From: an uncultured Flavobacterium sp.
GTDB lineage: Bacteria; Bacteroidota; Bacteroidia; Flavobacteriales; Flavobacteriaceae
Reading direction: 5' to 3'
DNA: 64,000 nt
NCBI RefSeq assembly: GCF_963975515.1
Contig: NZ_CAXBGY010000012.1
Location: 12,467 to 76,466, forward strand
Positions within the stretch are counted from its first letter, which is position 1. Each line of letters begins with the position of its first letter. Below the pieces are notes generated by a model. It had not been told where the DNA came from, searched no databases, and saw nothing but the letters and a program-made list of their open reading frames with translations. The translations under genes were made by a program, and so were the position numbers. Positions 20,501-29,544 of this stretch are shown in pieces.

Positions 20501-20858
20501 TCTCGTTCTGATTTGATAATTGTAGAAAATTGGTCAATTTATCGCTCACCTCACTAAAGTGATTACCTATAATTACAGAAGCTTGTTCATAATTAATTCC
20601 TTTTTGAAGTTTAAATAATTTAAACAATGGAAAAAATATAAATCGAACTAATAAGAAAATTTGAACAGCAACGAACAACCAAAATAAAATCGTTCTTCCT
20701 GAAGATGGTAACCAAAGGAAATATTCAACTAAAATGGTAAAAAGAAAATATAGTAAACCTAAACCAACAAAAAGAATAACTCCTTTTATTAGTTCATTGG
20801 TATAAAACCTTTTGATAAAGGCCTCTAATTTCTCAAAAATGATAGTTTTTGTTTCCAA
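17541..20858 (-). CDS. Large membrane-anchored coiled-coil protein, DUF4175-like
   Basis: TTG start; three N-terminal TM segments, a beta-rich region (DDYGL...YYFEVFDNDAVN), a long K/E/Q coiled coil and a G/K/E-rich low-complexity tail. Confidence 0.75.
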   Translation of the reverse strand: METKTIIFEKLEAFIKRFYTNELIKGVILFVGLGLLYFLFTILVEYFLWLPSSGRTILFWLFVAVQIFLLVRFIFFPLFKLFKLQKGINYEQASVIIGNHFSEVSDKLTNFLQLSNQNENSELLLASINHKAETLSPIPFSNAINFNKNKKFLPYAIVPIFLLALFFVSGNSKVISQGMDRVVNYNTKYVPPAPFQFVVLNKDLVTQQNKDFTLQVKTVGNVIPENVSLIIGDEEYLLENTNPGEFQYKFDNVISDVNFSLKANSINSKGYNLKVVNVPTINNFEMILSYPTYLKRKSEIIKGTGNAIVPEGTSIRWKLSTFATTNIAFISNNSKSVYSSTNGEFNFTKNISQNTEYQIVTSNSNVKNFEKLDYQVNIVKDQYPFISANKAPDSLSLKKNFIIGQLSDDYGLSKLQVVYYPKGKPQIVKRGTLAVKHQTVDQFVYSFPTGLNVEQGIVYEYYFEVFDNDAVNNYKSSKSSVFSHNELTDDQKQDELLKDQNDNINSLEKSLNNQDKQLKELDKLQKMKKEKANLDFKDQKKIEDFIKKQKNQDEMMKEFSKKLSENLENFNPKEEDKLKKELLRRLDESQKQSEKNEKLLKELEELQKKLQDDELFEKADKLKKDSKNQAKNLEQLVELTKRFYVEKKAEQIADKLNKLAEKEDKLANENKNNLEEQKKVADEFEKIKEELQQLDKENKDLKKPMDIPNDINEQEDVQDDLEKSEEDLKKNDKPSASKSQKAASKKMKEMSQKMSSSMEGGESQQMEEDAKTLRQILDNLLAFSYDEEALIQPTKSSQSRSLALNKILKKQQELKLQFKHVDDSIFAVSLRNPMISEFVLNEIGEIHYNLDQSLETLADNNVSRGASLQQYVLSSANKLADFLSNVQSDMNMQMSGKGKGKGKGMPSPGQGNPGKQLSDIIKKQEGLSEKMKEGLKPGEKPGDKPGDKPGEKLGEGKKDGKGQGENGEGEGSEGNAGKVLEILKEQQQLRDALQKSLEQQGINGNNVLNQMKDIEKQLINKGFKNETLQKMLNLKHELLKLENAIQQQGQDEKRKSNTTDDKFSNNASTLPKELQEYIKSIEILNRQSLPLQKNYDQKVKEYFKK
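19563..19578. promoter_or_regulatory. Possible degenerate parS
   Basis: TGTTCCACGTTTAACA, 14/16 match to the neighbouring parS sites; lies inside a CDS. Confidence 0.35.
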
Positions 20859-21009
20859 ATTGTTCGTAATCTGTTAATAACCGATAAAATTACAATATAA
20901 AAAGTAATTAGTCAAAAGTAAATAGTGATTAGCAAAACTTTAACTTGATATTATGTTGATAAGTAGCAGATTTTCTAAAATCTAAATTCTTACTTCTAAA
21001 TTCAAATTG

Positions 21010-21017
21010 TATCTTTG
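21010..21017 (+). promoter_or_regulatory. -7 promoter element for gltX
   Basis: TATCTTTG fits TAnnTTTG, 17 nt before the ATG. Confidence 0.7.
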
Positions 21018-21034
21018 CAACAAATTAGAAAAAA

Positions 21035-22537
21035 ATGTCAAAACCAGTTAGAGTACGATTTGCTCCAAGTCCAACAGGAGGATTACATATTGGTGGTGTG
21101 AGAACCGCTTTATTTAATTATTTATTTGCTAAAAAAAATAACGGAACATTCTATTTAAGAGTAGAAGACACCGATCAAACTAGATTTGTTGAAGGAGCTG
21201 AAGCCTATATTTTAGAAGCTCTAGAGTGGTTAGGAATTTCTCCAGATGAAACAGTTGGAAAAAATGAAAAATTTGGACCATATCGTCAAAGTGAACGTAA
21301 AGGAATTTATAAAGAATATGCGGATCAATTGATTGAAAATGGATGGGCATATTATGCTTTTGACACGTCTGAATCATTAGATGCACACAGAAAACAACAC
21401 GAAGCTGAAGGAAAAACATTCATTTACAATTGGCATAATCGTGAAAAATTAGATACTTCTTTAGTTCTTTCAAAAGAAGAAACTCTTCAAAGAATTGAAA
21501 ATGGTGATGCTTTTGTAATTCGTTTTAAAACTCCAGTGAATGAGATTTTAGAATTGAAAGACATCATACGTGGTGATATAAAGTTTGATACCAATTTATT
21601 AGATGATAAAGTTTTATTCAAAAGTGATGGAATGCCAACGTATCATTTAGCGAATATTGTCGATGATCATTTGATGGAAACTTCTCATGTAATTCGTGGT
21701 GAAGAATGGTTACCAAGTATGCCATTGCACAGTTTATTATACAGAGCCTTTGGTTGGGAAGCCCCTGAATTTGCACATTTACCTTTAATTCTAAAACCAG
21801 TTGGAAACGGAAAATTAAGTAAGCGTGATGGTGATAAATTAGGATTTCCAGTATTTCCATTGGCTTGGAAAACGGCAGAAGGAACATCAATGGGTTATAG
21901 AGAGCAAGGATTTTTTCCTGAAGCAGTTCTTAACTTTTTAGCATTATTAGGTTGGAATGATGGAACAGATAAAGAATTATATTCCTTAGAAGAATTAGTT
22001 GAAGTTTTTGATTTAAGCCGAATTCACAAAGCAGGAGCGAAGTTTGATCCAGAGAAGAATAAATGGTTTAATCATCAATATTTAATAGGCAAAAGTGATA
22101 AGGCATTAGCTATAAGTTTTTCAAAAGATTTAGAAGAACGAGGAGTTATTACTTCTTTAGATTTGGAAAGAGTTGTTGGATTGGTAAAAGAAAGAGCTAA
22201 TTTCGTGAATGAACTTTGGGATTTATCAGATTATTTCTTTGAAGCACCAACATCTTATGATGAAAAAGCATCCAAAAATTGGAAAGAAGAAACTCCGGCT
22301 TTAATGGAAAAAGTAATTGTTGAATTGAATAACATTTCAGATTTCACTTCTCAAAACATTGAAACTTTATTAAAAGAGTGGATGACCACTAATGAAATAG
22401 GAATGGGAAAAGTAATGCAACCTTTACGATTAAGTTTGGTTGGAGCTTTAAAAGGACCACATTTATTTGACATCATTGAAATGATTGGAAAAGAAGAAAG
22501 TATAAAACGTATTGAGAAAGCGATACAAACCTTATAA
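21035..22537 (+). CDS. gltX: Glutamate--tRNA ligase
   Basis: RVRFAPSPTGGLHIGG, RVEDTDQ, IRGEEW and KLSKR. Confidence 0.99.
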   Translation: MSKPVRVRFAPSPTGGLHIGGVRTALFNYLFAKKNNGTFYLRVEDTDQTRFVEGAEAYILEALEWLGISPDETVGKNEKFGPYRQSERKGIYKEYADQLIENGWAYYAFDTSESLDAHRKQHEAEGKTFIYNWHNREKLDTSLVLSKEETLQRIENGDAFVIRFKTPVNEILELKDIIRGDIKFDTNLLDDKVLFKSDGMPTYHLANIVDDHLMETSHVIRGEEWLPSMPLHSLLYRAFGWEAPEFAHLPLILKPVGNGKLSKRDGDKLGFPVFPLAWKTAEGTSMGYREQGFFPEAVLNFLALLGWNDGTDKELYSLEELVEVFDLSRIHKAGAKFDPEKNKWFNHQYLIGKSDKALAISFSKDLEERGVITSLDLERVVGLVKERANFVNELWDLSDYFFEAPTSYDEKASKNWKEETPALMEKVIVELNNISDFTSQNIETLLKEWMTTNEIGMGKVMQPLRLSLVGALKGPHLFDIIEMIGKEESIKRIEKAIQTL

Positions 22538-22544
22538 AAAAGTT

Positions 22545-22572
22545 AATCCCGAAAGTTTCGGGATTTTTTTTT
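22545..22572 (+). terminator. Intrinsic terminator after gltX
   Basis: AATCCCGAA...TTCGGGATT followed by a long T-run. Confidence 0.85.
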
Positions 22573-22630
22573 GTAACTTTTCACAACTTTGAGCGTATAA
22601 TTAACATAACCAATTTAAAAAATTCAAACT

Positions 22631-23578
22631 ATGATCGGAATTTACATTATCATTTTTTTAGCAGTAGTGATTTTATTTTCATCCTTTTTTACTGTAAAAC
22701 AGCAAACATCTGCTGTTATTGAGCGTTTTGGTAAATATGCAAGTACTCGTACTTCAGGTTTACAATTAAAATTACCCATTATAGATAGAGTTGCAGGAAG
22801 AGTAAATCTTCGTATTCAACAATTAGATGTAATGATTGAAACGAAAACTAAAGATAACGTATTCGTTAAACTAAAAGTTTCAGTACAATTTAAAGTATTA
22901 CAAGAAAGTGTTTACGAAGCTTTTTATAAATTAGAATATCCACATGATCAAATTACTTCTTATGTATTTGACGTAGTTCGTGCCGAAGTACCAAAATTAA
23001 AATTAGATGATGTTTTTGAACGTAAAGATGATGTAGCGGTTGCCGTAAAAAGAGAATTAAACGGTGCAATGTCAGGTTATGGATATGATATTATCAACAC
23101 TTTGATTACAGATATTGATCCAGATATTCAAGTTAAGAATGCTATGAACAGAATTAATGCTGCTGATAGAGAAAAAACAGCTGCAGAATATGAAGCTGAA
23201 GCAGGAAGAATTAGAATTGTAGCTAAAGCAAAAGCTGAAGCTGAAAGTAAAAGACTTCAAGGTCAAGGAATTGCTGACCAACGTAGAGAGATTGCACGTG
23301 GATTAGTTGAATCTGTAGATGTATTGAACAGAGTTGGAATTAATTCTCAAGAAGCTTCTGCTTTAATTGTAGTTACACAACATTATGACACTTTACAAGC
23401 AATTGGTGCTGATTCAAATAGTAATTTAATCTTATTACCAAATTCACCACAAGCTGGAAGTGAAATGTTAAATAACATGGTTGCAAGTTTTACAGCAAGT
23501 AATCAAGTTGGTGAATCTATGAAAAGAGCAAATTCTACAAAAAGAAAAAAAGCTGAAGATTCAGAAAATAAAGAATAG
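22631..23578 (+). CDS. SPFH/band 7 domain membrane protein
   Basis: N-terminal TM; VIERFGKY, ETKTKDNVFV, ITSYVFDVVRAEVP, ITDIDPD and AEAESKRLQGQGIADQR. Confidence 0.95.
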   Translation: MIGIYIIIFLAVVILFSSFFTVKQQTSAVIERFGKYASTRTSGLQLKLPIIDRVAGRVNLRIQQLDVMIETKTKDNVFVKLKVSVQFKVLQESVYEAFYKLEYPHDQITSYVFDVVRAEVPKLKLDDVFERKDDVAVAVKRELNGAMSGYGYDIINTLITDIDPDIQVKNAMNRINAADREKTAAEYEAEAGRIRIVAKAKAEAESKRLQGQGIADQRREIARGLVESVDVLNRVGINSQEASALIVVTQHYDTLQAIGADSNSNLILLPNSPQAGSEMLNNMVASFTASNQVGESMKRANSTKRKKAEDSENKE

Positions 23579-23613
23579 ATTTTAGTTTTCCACTTTGGTG
23601 GAAACCAAATTAC

Positions 23614-23650
23614 AAAAAAGACTGCTTTTTAAAAAAAGTGGTCTTTTTTT
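23614..23650 (+). terminator. Intrinsic terminator after the SPFH gene
   Basis: AAAAAAGACTGCTTTTT-AA-AAAAAGTGGTCTTTTTTT. Confidence 0.75.
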
Positions 23651-23917
23651 CATTTTACAAAGATTATTATCCTAAAACAGTTAAAATTAAAATATGGTTT
23701 GAAAAACTGAGGCCTTTTAAGCCAAAACGCATTTAAAAAACGCTGTTAAACGATTTTTACCACACGCATGAACTAACATTAAACAATTCTTAAAGTGCGT
23801 TAAAATTAACTTATGAAAGTCGTTTTTTAATGATTTACTTATGATTCTTTTATTTTTAATAGATTTTGTTTATAGTTAAAATAATTGCGGAAAATTATAA
23901 TTTTCTTACAAAACAAA

Positions 23918-23956
23918 AATTCCAAACTCAAGATTCTGAATCTTGAGTTTGGAATT
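23918..23956. terminator. 39-bp palindrome, probable glnS terminator
   Basis: AATTCCAAACTCAAGATTC-T-GAATCTTGAGTTTGGAATT (19-bp perfect arms), with a T-rich tail on the minus strand. Confidence 0.7.
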
Positions 23957-23966
23957 AATTAAATGA

Positions 23967-23991
23967 GATTCTGAATCAAGTTCAGAATAAC
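23967..23991. repeat. REP-like palindrome
   Basis: GATTCTGAATCAAGTTCAGAATAAC, one mismatch to the copy at 49488. Confidence 0.75.
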
Positions 23992-24039
23992 AGAAAAATG
24001 TAGAATGAAATTGAAAAGATTTCCGTTTTAACGGAAATT

Positions 24040-25719
24040 TTATTGATTGCTAATTTTTGCCCAAGTATCTCTTAATCCAACCGTTTTGTTAAAAACTAAT
24101 TTATCAGCTTTTGAGTCTCTGTCTACACAGAAATATCCTAAACGTTGGAATTGATAATGTTCTAATTCTTTGGCATTTACTAATGAAGGTTCTACATAAC
24201 CAGTAATAATTTCTAATGAATTTGGGTTTATGTATTCTTTAAAATCAACTTCTTTGTCTCCATCAGGATTTTCGTGAGTAAATAACCTATCATATACTCT
24301 AACTTCTGCTTCAACAGCGTGTTTTGTAGAAACCCAATGAATCGTTCCTTTTACTTTTCTTTGACTAGCTTCCGAACCACTTCCTGATCTAGAATCTTCG
24401 TCATAAGTACAATGAATTTCTGTTATATTTCCGTCAGCATCTTTTACAACTGACTCACCTTTAATGATATATGCATTTTTAAGACGAACTTCTGTTCCTA
24501 ATGTTAAACGGAAAAATTTCTTGTGAGCTTCTTCTTGAAAATCTTCTCTTTCGATATATAATTCTTTAGAAAAAGGTAAACTTCTATATGTCATTACCTC
24601 TTCTTCTTGGTTGTTTTCTGCTTCAACCCATTCTTCTTTTCCGTCAGGATAATTGGTAATTATCAACTTCACAGGATTCAAAACAGCCATTACTCTTGGA
24701 GCAATTTTATTTAAATCTTCACGAACGTAAAACTCTAGTAATGAAACATCTATAAGGTTATCACGTTTAGCAATTCCGATTGCATTTGCGAAATTTGTTA
24801 TAGCAGCTGGTGTATATCCACGTCTTCTCATTCCAGAAATGGTTGACATTCTAGGATCATCCCAACCTGTTACATGATTTTCAGTAACTAATTGCGCTAA
24901 TTTTCTTTTACTAACAACTGTATGAGAAAGATTTCTTCTTGCAAATTCTCGTTGTTTTGGTCTTACTTTAGTTTCATCATAAATTTGGTTTAAGAACCAA
25001 TCATATAATTCTCTATGTGGTAAAAATTCTAATGTACAGAAAGAATGCGAAATTTGTTCGATATAATCACTTTCACCGTGAGCCCAATCATACATTGGAT
25101 AAATGCACCATTTACTTCCAGTTCTGTGATGTTCTTTGTGTAAAATTCTATAAATTAAAGGATCACGCATTAACATGTTAGTTGCGTTCATGCTTATTTT
25201 TGCACGTAAAACATGAGTTCCTTCTGGAAATTCACCATTTTTCATACGTTCAAATAAGTCTAAATTTTCTTCAACTGAACGATTTCTGAAAGGAGAATCT
25301 GTACCAAATTGAGTTGGAGTTCCTTTTTGAATAGCCATATCTTCAGAAGATTGACTATCAACATAAGCTTTACCATTTTTGATTAACTCGATGGTCCAAT
25401 CATATAATTGCTGAAAATAATCTGATGCATAACACTCTTTATCCCATTGGAAGCCAAGCCATTCTACATCTTTTTTGATTGCGTCTACAAATTCTTGTTC
25501 TTCTTTTGCAGGGTTTGTATCATCAAAACGAAGGTTAACAGGGGCTTTATAATCTAATCCTAATCCAAAATTTAGACAAATAGAACTTGCATGACCAATA
25601 TGTAAATAGCCGTTTGGTTCTGGGGGAAAACGAAAACGTAATTTATCATTTGATAAACCGTTTTTTAAGTCTTCATTAATAATTTGTTCTATGAAGTTTA
25701 ATGATTTTTGTTCTGACAT
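24040..25719 (-). CDS. glnS: Glutamine--tRNA ligase
   Basis: RFPPEPNGYLHIGH, RFDDTNPAKE, VVSKRKL, GWDDPRM and QFQRLGYF. Confidence 0.98.
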   Translation of the reverse strand: MSEQKSLNFIEQIINEDLKNGLSNDKLRFRFPPEPNGYLHIGHASSICLNFGLGLDYKAPVNLRFDDTNPAKEEQEFVDAIKKDVEWLGFQWDKECYASDYFQQLYDWTIELIKNGKAYVDSQSSEDMAIQKGTPTQFGTDSPFRNRSVEENLDLFERMKNGEFPEGTHVLRAKISMNATNMLMRDPLIYRILHKEHHRTGSKWCIYPMYDWAHGESDYIEQISHSFCTLEFLPHRELYDWFLNQIYDETKVRPKQREFARRNLSHTVVSKRKLAQLVTENHVTGWDDPRMSTISGMRRRGYTPAAITNFANAIGIAKRDNLIDVSLLEFYVREDLNKIAPRVMAVLNPVKLIITNYPDGKEEWVEAENNQEEEVMTYRSLPFSKELYIEREDFQEEAHKKFFRLTLGTEVRLKNAYIIKGESVVKDADGNITEIHCTYDEDSRSGSGSEASQRKVKGTIHWVSTKHAVEAEVRVYDRLFTHENPDGDKEVDFKEYINPNSLEIITGYVEPSLVNAKELEHYQFQRLGYFCVDRDSKADKLVFNKTVGLRDTWAKISNQ

Positions 25720-25859
25720 TTCAGTATATTTTTAGCAAAAATAGCTAAAATTATTAAGGCTAAAAATTGAATTTATATATTAAATAGTTTTAGTACGGTT
25801 TAACAATTTAAAAAAGGTGGTTTTACCGTATAAAAGGGTGTTTTAATCGATTTTAACGG

Positions 25860-25918
25860 TTATCAACAATAAATGTTTATAAAAAAAACTTGGTTGTTAA
25901 TAAAATTTTATATATTTG
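25860..25918 (+). promoter_or_regulatory. sprC-operon promoter with DnaA-box-like 9-mers
   Basis: TTATCAACA 25860; TGTTTATAA 25874 and TGTTAATAA 25895 (21 bp apart); -7 element TATATTTG at 25911-25918. Confidence 0.65.
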
Positions 25919-25960
25919 TAATAGTAATATTCGGACACTTATATTAAATTAAAAATCAAT

Positions 25961-28150
25961 ATGTTACAAAAGTTAATAGCCCCGTTAGCTTTGTTGAACA
26001 AAAAAGTTTTTTTAACAATAGCCTTGTTAATAAGTTGTATTATTGCCACTGCGCAAATTACAATAAACACACCTACATTGGGATTTACTCAAGTATGTGC
26101 TTCAACAACTTTTAACAATTACAATCTTAGTTTTTCTTTTTCTCCTGCTTCTAATTTAGGAACAGGAAATGTATTTTCTATAGAATTATCTAATGCAGCT
26201 GGTAGTTTTGCTTCACCCACGGTATTAACAACTTCTTCGGCAATAACTTCTCCCGTAAACGTGTCTTTTCCTTTTCCAACTAATGTTAATGGAACAAATT
26301 ATAGAATTCGTATAAAAAGTTCTTCACCTGTAAGTACCAGTCCCTCAAGTCCGGCTTTTTCAGCAAATTATGCTGTTTATAATCAACCTTTCACTATTAA
26401 CAATAACGTTTTTAATCAATCTATATGTAGTACCTCTACTTATAGTTTAACTATTGATAGTGGCCCAAATAGTCCTTTAAATTTTTCTCAATTAATATAT
26501 GTTTGGGAAAAAGATGGAGTTGTTTTGTCGGGCCAAACAGGTCCAAGTTTACCTGTAACAACAGCAGGTAGTTATTTTGTTAGCGTAAATTATGGAACAT
26601 GTAATTACAACTCTTATTCTAATGCTGTTGCAATTACTGTAATTCCATCGGAAACATTGACCATAAACTCTCAAGGCAATGCAACAAATATTTGTCCTAC
26701 AACTGGTTTATTATTATCAAGTATGATTGCTAGTTCTGGGTATACATATCAATGGTATTTAAACAATGTGTCAATAAGCAGTGCAACTAGTGCGACTTAT
26801 ACCGCAACACAAGCGGGTAATTATTCATTAATAGCTTCAAATTCAGCATGTGTTATTAATTCAAATATTTTAGTACTAACAGAAAATAGTTTTGCTCTTT
26901 CATTAGATTCAGGGGCTGAAGTTAACTTGTTACCTGGTCAAAATAAAACATTAACTTGTACAACCAATGCTTCAAACCCAACATATATTTGGTATAGAAA
27001 CAATGTTGAGTTAACAGGACAAGTAGGTAATTCTTTATCGGTAACTCAAACTGGAACTTATAAAGTGAAAGTGAAACAAAATACAGGCTGTATTCTTGAA
27101 AAAGAAGTTTCAACATTAGTTTCTCCATATACCTCTTATAACTTAACAATAATTCACGACGCAGACTATACGAGTTGTGAAAACCTTACAGAAACTTTAA
27201 CTGTTCAAGATTTTGAAGCGAGTTCTAATTTAATAACAGTTGCTGTACCATCAAACATTGGTGTAACTTATATATGGTATAAAAATAATGTTGCGATAAT
27301 CGGAGCTAATTCGCCTAGTTATACAATAGCTAATTATACAGATAATGGTAATTATCGTGTAGAAGCAAAATTTACTGATGGACAAATCGTTTCTTCTAAT
27401 GCTTTAGATGTTAAGTTAAAAATTGACGAGACTATAAATTTAACAACTGATGGTATTTTGTGTACTACTAATTCTAGTGTTACAATTACTTCTTCTATTA
27501 CAGATGCTGTTTTTACTTATCAATGGTTTATGGATGGAGATGCTACAGTTTTAGGAACAAATACAAGCTATAACGCAACAGTGGTTGGTGATTATTATTT
27601 AAAAATATCTCTTTTTGGATGTGAATTAAATTCAGATTTAATAGCTGTATCAACCATCGATGAAGGTCAATTAATAACAAATTATGATGAAGACATTTAC
27701 ATTAATGAAGGTGAAGAAATAACAATTATTGCTTCTGGAGTAGATTCTTATGAATGGTTTATTGATGGTGTTTTAGAAAATTCAACAAACGAAATTATTG
27801 TAAATCAAGAAATTACGATTCAGCTAATAGCACAACTTAATGGCTGTGAAATTATTAGAAATTTTACTGTCTTAATTCAGCCTAAAGTTTTTAGTGCTAT
27901 AATTCCAAACACGATAACTCCAAATAATGATGGTAAAAACGATACTTGGATAATTACTGAAGAATTGGCTTATCAAAATAACGTTGAGATTGTAATATTT
28001 TCATCTAATCAACAGATTGTTTATAGTACAAAAGATTATCAAAATAATTGGCCATTAGATTCAATTTCAAAAAACAATAAAATTTTTTATTACAAAATAA
28101 TACGAGATAATTCTACCATATATCAAGGTACGATATCAGTAATACAATAA
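25961..28150 (+). CDS. sprC: T9SS type B cargo with Ig-like domains, SprC-like
   Basis: Signal peptide; Ig-like repeats (YQWYLN, YIWYRN, YIWYKN); type B CTD IPNTITPNNDGKNDTW; position before a PorP-family gene and sprB. Confidence 0.72.
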   Translation: MLQKLIAPLALLNKKVFLTIALLISCIIATAQITINTPTLGFTQVCASTTFNNYNLSFSFSPASNLGTGNVFSIELSNAAGSFASPTVLTTSSAITSPVNVSFPFPTNVNGTNYRIRIKSSSPVSTSPSSPAFSANYAVYNQPFTINNNVFNQSICSTSTYSLTIDSGPNSPLNFSQLIYVWEKDGVVLSGQTGPSLPVTTAGSYFVSVNYGTCNYNSYSNAVAITVIPSETLTINSQGNATNICPTTGLLLSSMIASSGYTYQWYLNNVSISSATSATYTATQAGNYSLIASNSACVINSNILVLTENSFALSLDSGAEVNLLPGQNKTLTCTTNASNPTYIWYRNNVELTGQVGNSLSVTQTGTYKVKVKQNTGCILEKEVSTLVSPYTSYNLTIIHDADYTSCENLTETLTVQDFEASSNLITVAVPSNIGVTYIWYKNNVAIIGANSPSYTIANYTDNGNYRVEAKFTDGQIVSSNALDVKLKIDETINLTTDGILCTTNSSVTITSSITDAVFTYQWFMDGDATVLGTNTSYNATVVGDYYLKISLFGCELNSDLIAVSTIDEGQLITNYDEDIYINEGEEITIIASGVDSYEWFIDGVLENSTNEIIVNQEITIQLIAQLNGCEIIRNFTVLIQPKVFSAIIPNTITPNNDGKNDTWIITEELAYQNNVEIVIFSSNQQIVYSTKDYQNNWPLDSISKNNKIFYYKIIRDNSTIYQGTISVIQ

Positions 28151-28152
28151 GA

Positions 28153-29541
28153 ATGAATAGACACAAATTTCTTTTTATTATAGGGCTTGTCTTAAGCTGT
28201 GTTATAACTAATGCTCAAACTGATAGCAGTGATGAGTTTATAATGCCGTCTCAGACATTTATGCGTTTTAATAGAAATTTAGTTAACCCAACGTTATCAA
28301 TATTTAATAGTTATAAATCAGAATATGTAGCTTATCATAGAAACCAATGGTTTGATTATGATGAATCACCAAAAACATACATGGTAAATTACTCTGGAAA
28401 CGATTATGAAAATACTGGTTATGGATTAGGAATATATCAACAAGAGGTTGGTGTTTGGAAAAGCATTGGGGCTATTGCAAATTATGCAAAAGGTGTGCGT
28501 TTAAACGATGAAACTATATTGTCTTTAGGGTTTAATGTAGTCTTTTTTAATTCGGGTTTAAACAGAGGTAAAATAATAACTGGTGAAGCAGATCCGTATT
28601 TGGAACAATATGATAATACAAGTATGTTGATGCTAAATCCTGGATTATCTATCCAAGTTGGAAAGTTTAATTTTGGTGTTTATGGAGATAATTTAGTGGA
28701 TTATAATTTCAAATTAGGCGAAATGCAAACCAAATTTGGTGAAAAAACTATCTCAAGTCATTTGTCGTATATGTACTCTTTGGAGAATGCTTCAAATTTA
28801 TTTGAAAACAGTAGTTTAACCTTTTTAGGAAGAGGAAAATATATTGCCATGGAAGACTTTGATTATTCTGGTGGAATATTATATAATGTTCCAAGAGCTG
28901 GTTGGGTTCAAGGTTCTTATAGTGATTATTATGGGGTTTCGGGTGGTTTAGGAATAAACATCTCACAAAAAATTGCTGTAGGTTATAATTACGAAAAAGG
29001 ATTAGGTAAAGAAATTACAAATTTAGGAGCTACTCATGAAATATTTTTAGCCCTTACATTAGATAGCAATGAAGAATTCTCAGCATATGCTAAAAAACCA
29101 AAAATTAATAAACAAGAAGAAGCCGATAGACTTAAAAATCAAACCTTAGAACAAGAAGAAATTGACAGGTTTAAACAAAATATTTATAATCAAACTATTG
29201 TAGAAACGAACAATACAATTGTTAAAAAACTAGAAGAGTTTGTTTTGAATGCAGAGAACGACAACATTAATTATTTACTACTCCCAGAGAAAAACACTGG
29301 AGTTAAGAAAGGATATTATGTGATTGCTACTATTTATAAAGATAAAAATAAAGCGTCGAAATTTATAAGTGAGTTAAAGAAAAAAGGATTAAACAAAAGT
29401 GGATCATTTAAAACATCTGGCAATCAATGGAACTATGTTTACATAGAACGTTTTGAAAGTTATGAAGCAGCCAAAAAAGCATATCAAACAAAATTCAACA
29501 ATAAGTACCCCGAAACTATGTGGATTTTACCAATACTATAA
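28153..29541 (+). CDS. sprD: PorP/SprF-family T9SS membrane protein with a SPOR-like C-terminal extension, SprD-like
   Basis: NLVNPT, YHRNQW...SPKTY and VGYNYE...GATHEI barrel motifs; tail KGYYVIATIYKDKNKASKFISELKKKG. Confidence 0.72.
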   Translation: MNRHKFLFIIGLVLSCVITNAQTDSSDEFIMPSQTFMRFNRNLVNPTLSIFNSYKSEYVAYHRNQWFDYDESPKTYMVNYSGNDYENTGYGLGIYQQEVGVWKSIGAIANYAKGVRLNDETILSLGFNVVFFNSGLNRGKIITGEADPYLEQYDNTSMLMLNPGLSIQVGKFNFGVYGDNLVDYNFKLGEMQTKFGEKTISSHLSYMYSLENASNLFENSSLTFLGRGKYIAMEDFDYSGGILYNVPRAGWVQGSYSDYYGVSGGLGINISQKIAVGYNYEKGLGKEITNLGATHEIFLALTLDSNEEFSAYAKKPKINKQEEADRLKNQTLEQEEIDRFKQNIYNQTIVETNNTIVKKLEEFVLNAENDNINYLLLPEKNTGVKKGYYVIATIYKDKNKASKFISELKKKGLNKSGSFKTSGNQWNYVYIERFESYEAAKKAYQTKFNNKYPETMWILPIL

Positions 29542-29544
29542 CCT

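Noticed and set aside
23091-23099. TTATCAACA inside the SPFH coding sequence
   Set aside because: An isolated coding occurrence with no phased partner; it shows that single boxes can arise by chance in this AT-rich DNA
21035-25719. Co-occurrence of gltX and glnS as an unusual system
   Set aside because: Both are ordinary synthetases; they are convergent, separately terminated and show no shared regulation
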